Assembly: GCA_963713825.1 (NCBI GenBank)
Contig: CAVQNG010000022.1
Span: forward strand, 1-36,745
DNA length: 36,745 bases
From: an uncultured Acidobacteriota bacterium
GTDB taxonomy: Bacteria > Acidobacteriota > Thermoanaerobaculia > Multivoradales > JAHEKO01
Direction of reading: 5' to 3'
Positions 35,817 to 36,745 of the stretch are shown here, one piece after another (the stretch's first letter is position 1; each line of letters starts with the position of its first letter). Under the pieces are notes generated by a model. It was not told the origin of the DNA. It ran no database searches and saw nothing but the letters and a program-made list of their open reading frames with translations. Both the position numbers and the translations under genes were made by a program.

Positions 35817-36745
35817 TTGATCGGCACCACGCTGTCGCAGTATCGAATCCTGGAGAAGCTCGGTGAGGGCGGAATGGGGGAGGTCTATCTCGCCGAGGAC
35901 ACTTCGTTGAAGCGAAAAGTGGCGTTGAAGGTCCTGCCGGCAGAGATGGCAGCCGATCCGGAGCGTCTGGCCCGCTTCAAGCGGGAAGCCGAGTCGGTAG
36001 CCGCCCTCAACCATCCCAACATCGTGACCATTCACTCGGTCGAGGAGGTGGATGGCACCCACTTCCTGACCATGGAGTGGGTGGACGGCCAGACCCTGGG
36101 TCAGCTCATGTCCCGGGGTGCCATGCCTTTGGAAAAGGTCTTCGAGCTGGGGGTGCCCATTGCCGACGCTTTGGCCTCAGCCCACGAGGAAGGCATCACG
36201 CACCGGGACTTGAAGCCCGCGAATGTCATGGTGACAGGGAAGGGCAGGTTGAAGGTTCTCGACTTCGGTCTCGCCAAGCTGGCCATGGAGGGTGGTGAGG
36301 AAGGCTCGGATGAGCAACCGACCCAGGCTCTGACGCAGGAAGGGCTAGCGGTCGGAACGGTGCCCTATATGTCCCCCGAGCAGGTGCGGGGCGAGGGCGT
36401 CGATTACCGAACCGACATCTTCTCGCTGGGAGTATTGCTCTATGAGATGGCGAGCGGCCAACGGCCCTTTGGGGGCAAGAGCTCGGCCGACCTGGTTTCG
36501 GCCATTCTGCGGGACCGGCCGCCGTCGGTGACCGAGATCAGGGCTGAGTTGCCCCATCACCTCGGTCGGGTGCTGCAGCGATGCATGGAGAAGGATCCCG
36601 AGAAGCGCTTCCAGACCGCCAAAGACGTCAAGAACGAGCTCGAAGGCCTGAAGCTCGAGGTCTCCTCCGGGGTGGCGCGATTGAGCAGCGCTTCGATGCC
36701 GGCAGCTCCGCCGGAGACTCCAACCTCCGGTTCTCGTAAGGGCCT
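35817..36745 (+). CDS. Ser/Thr protein kinase, partial (runs off the window; absent from the ORF track)
   Basis: TTG at 35817 follows GGAG. It reads MIGTTLSQYRILEKLGEGGMGEVYLAED...VALK...HRDLKPAN...DFGLAK...YMSPEQ and stays open to the end. TATAAT at 35759-35764. Confidence 0.93.
   Translation, partial: MIGTTLSQYRILEKLGEGGMGEVYLAEDTSLKRKVALKVLPAEMAADPERLARFKREAESVAALNHPNIVTIHSVEEVDGTHFLTMEWVDGQTLGQLMSRGAMPLEKVFELGVPIADALASAHEEGITHRDLKPANVMVTGKGRLKVLDFGLAKLAMEGGEEGSDEQPTQALTQEGLAVGTVPYMSPEQVRGEGVDYRTDIFSLGVLLYEMASGQRPFGGKSSADLVSAILRDRPPSVTEIRAELPHHLGRVLQRCMEKDPEKRFQTAKDVKNELEGLKLEVSSGVARLSSASMPAAPPETPTSGSRKG

Overview
A GC-rich bacterial window dominated by Hanks-type Ser/Thr kinases. The organism is probably an Acidobacteriota/Thermoanaerobaculia-like diderm; this is inferred from gene content only. 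It holds five intact kinase genes, one frameshifted kinase, one kinase running off the right edge and one N-terminal kinase remnant. The kinase domains carry PD40/TolB-like propeller, TPR or TolB_N+TPR sensor regions, and one is coupled to a TIGR02999-type ECF sigma factor. The middle of the window has an ARPP-1/DUF6569 gene, a serine hydrolase and a DUF1302-DUF1329-YCF48/BNR-MMPL/RND operon. Divergent from that operon are an alpha/beta hydrolase-TPR gene and a COG4313-like channel. Further right are an orphan 2-oxoacid dehydrogenase E1 alpha/beta pair, a secreted repeat protein with an IFxDxFE-type C-terminal tail and an EamA transporter. The most striking observation is a ~110-nt insert in the N-lobe of the 5476-8273 kinase. 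It is made of two back-to-back GTAG-type REP hairpins plus a heptamer repeat, and it reads open in the downstream kinase frame. It sits at a one-base frameshift, and 19 nt of it are reverse-complementary (18/19) to the sequence just after the same gene's stop codon. Other notable signals are a perfect 34-bp palindrome, a G-rich octamer array, a signal peptide broken by an in-frame TGA and an SD-sequestering hairpin on a small membrane ORF. No transposase, integrase, CRISPR array, tRNA or rRNA was recognised.
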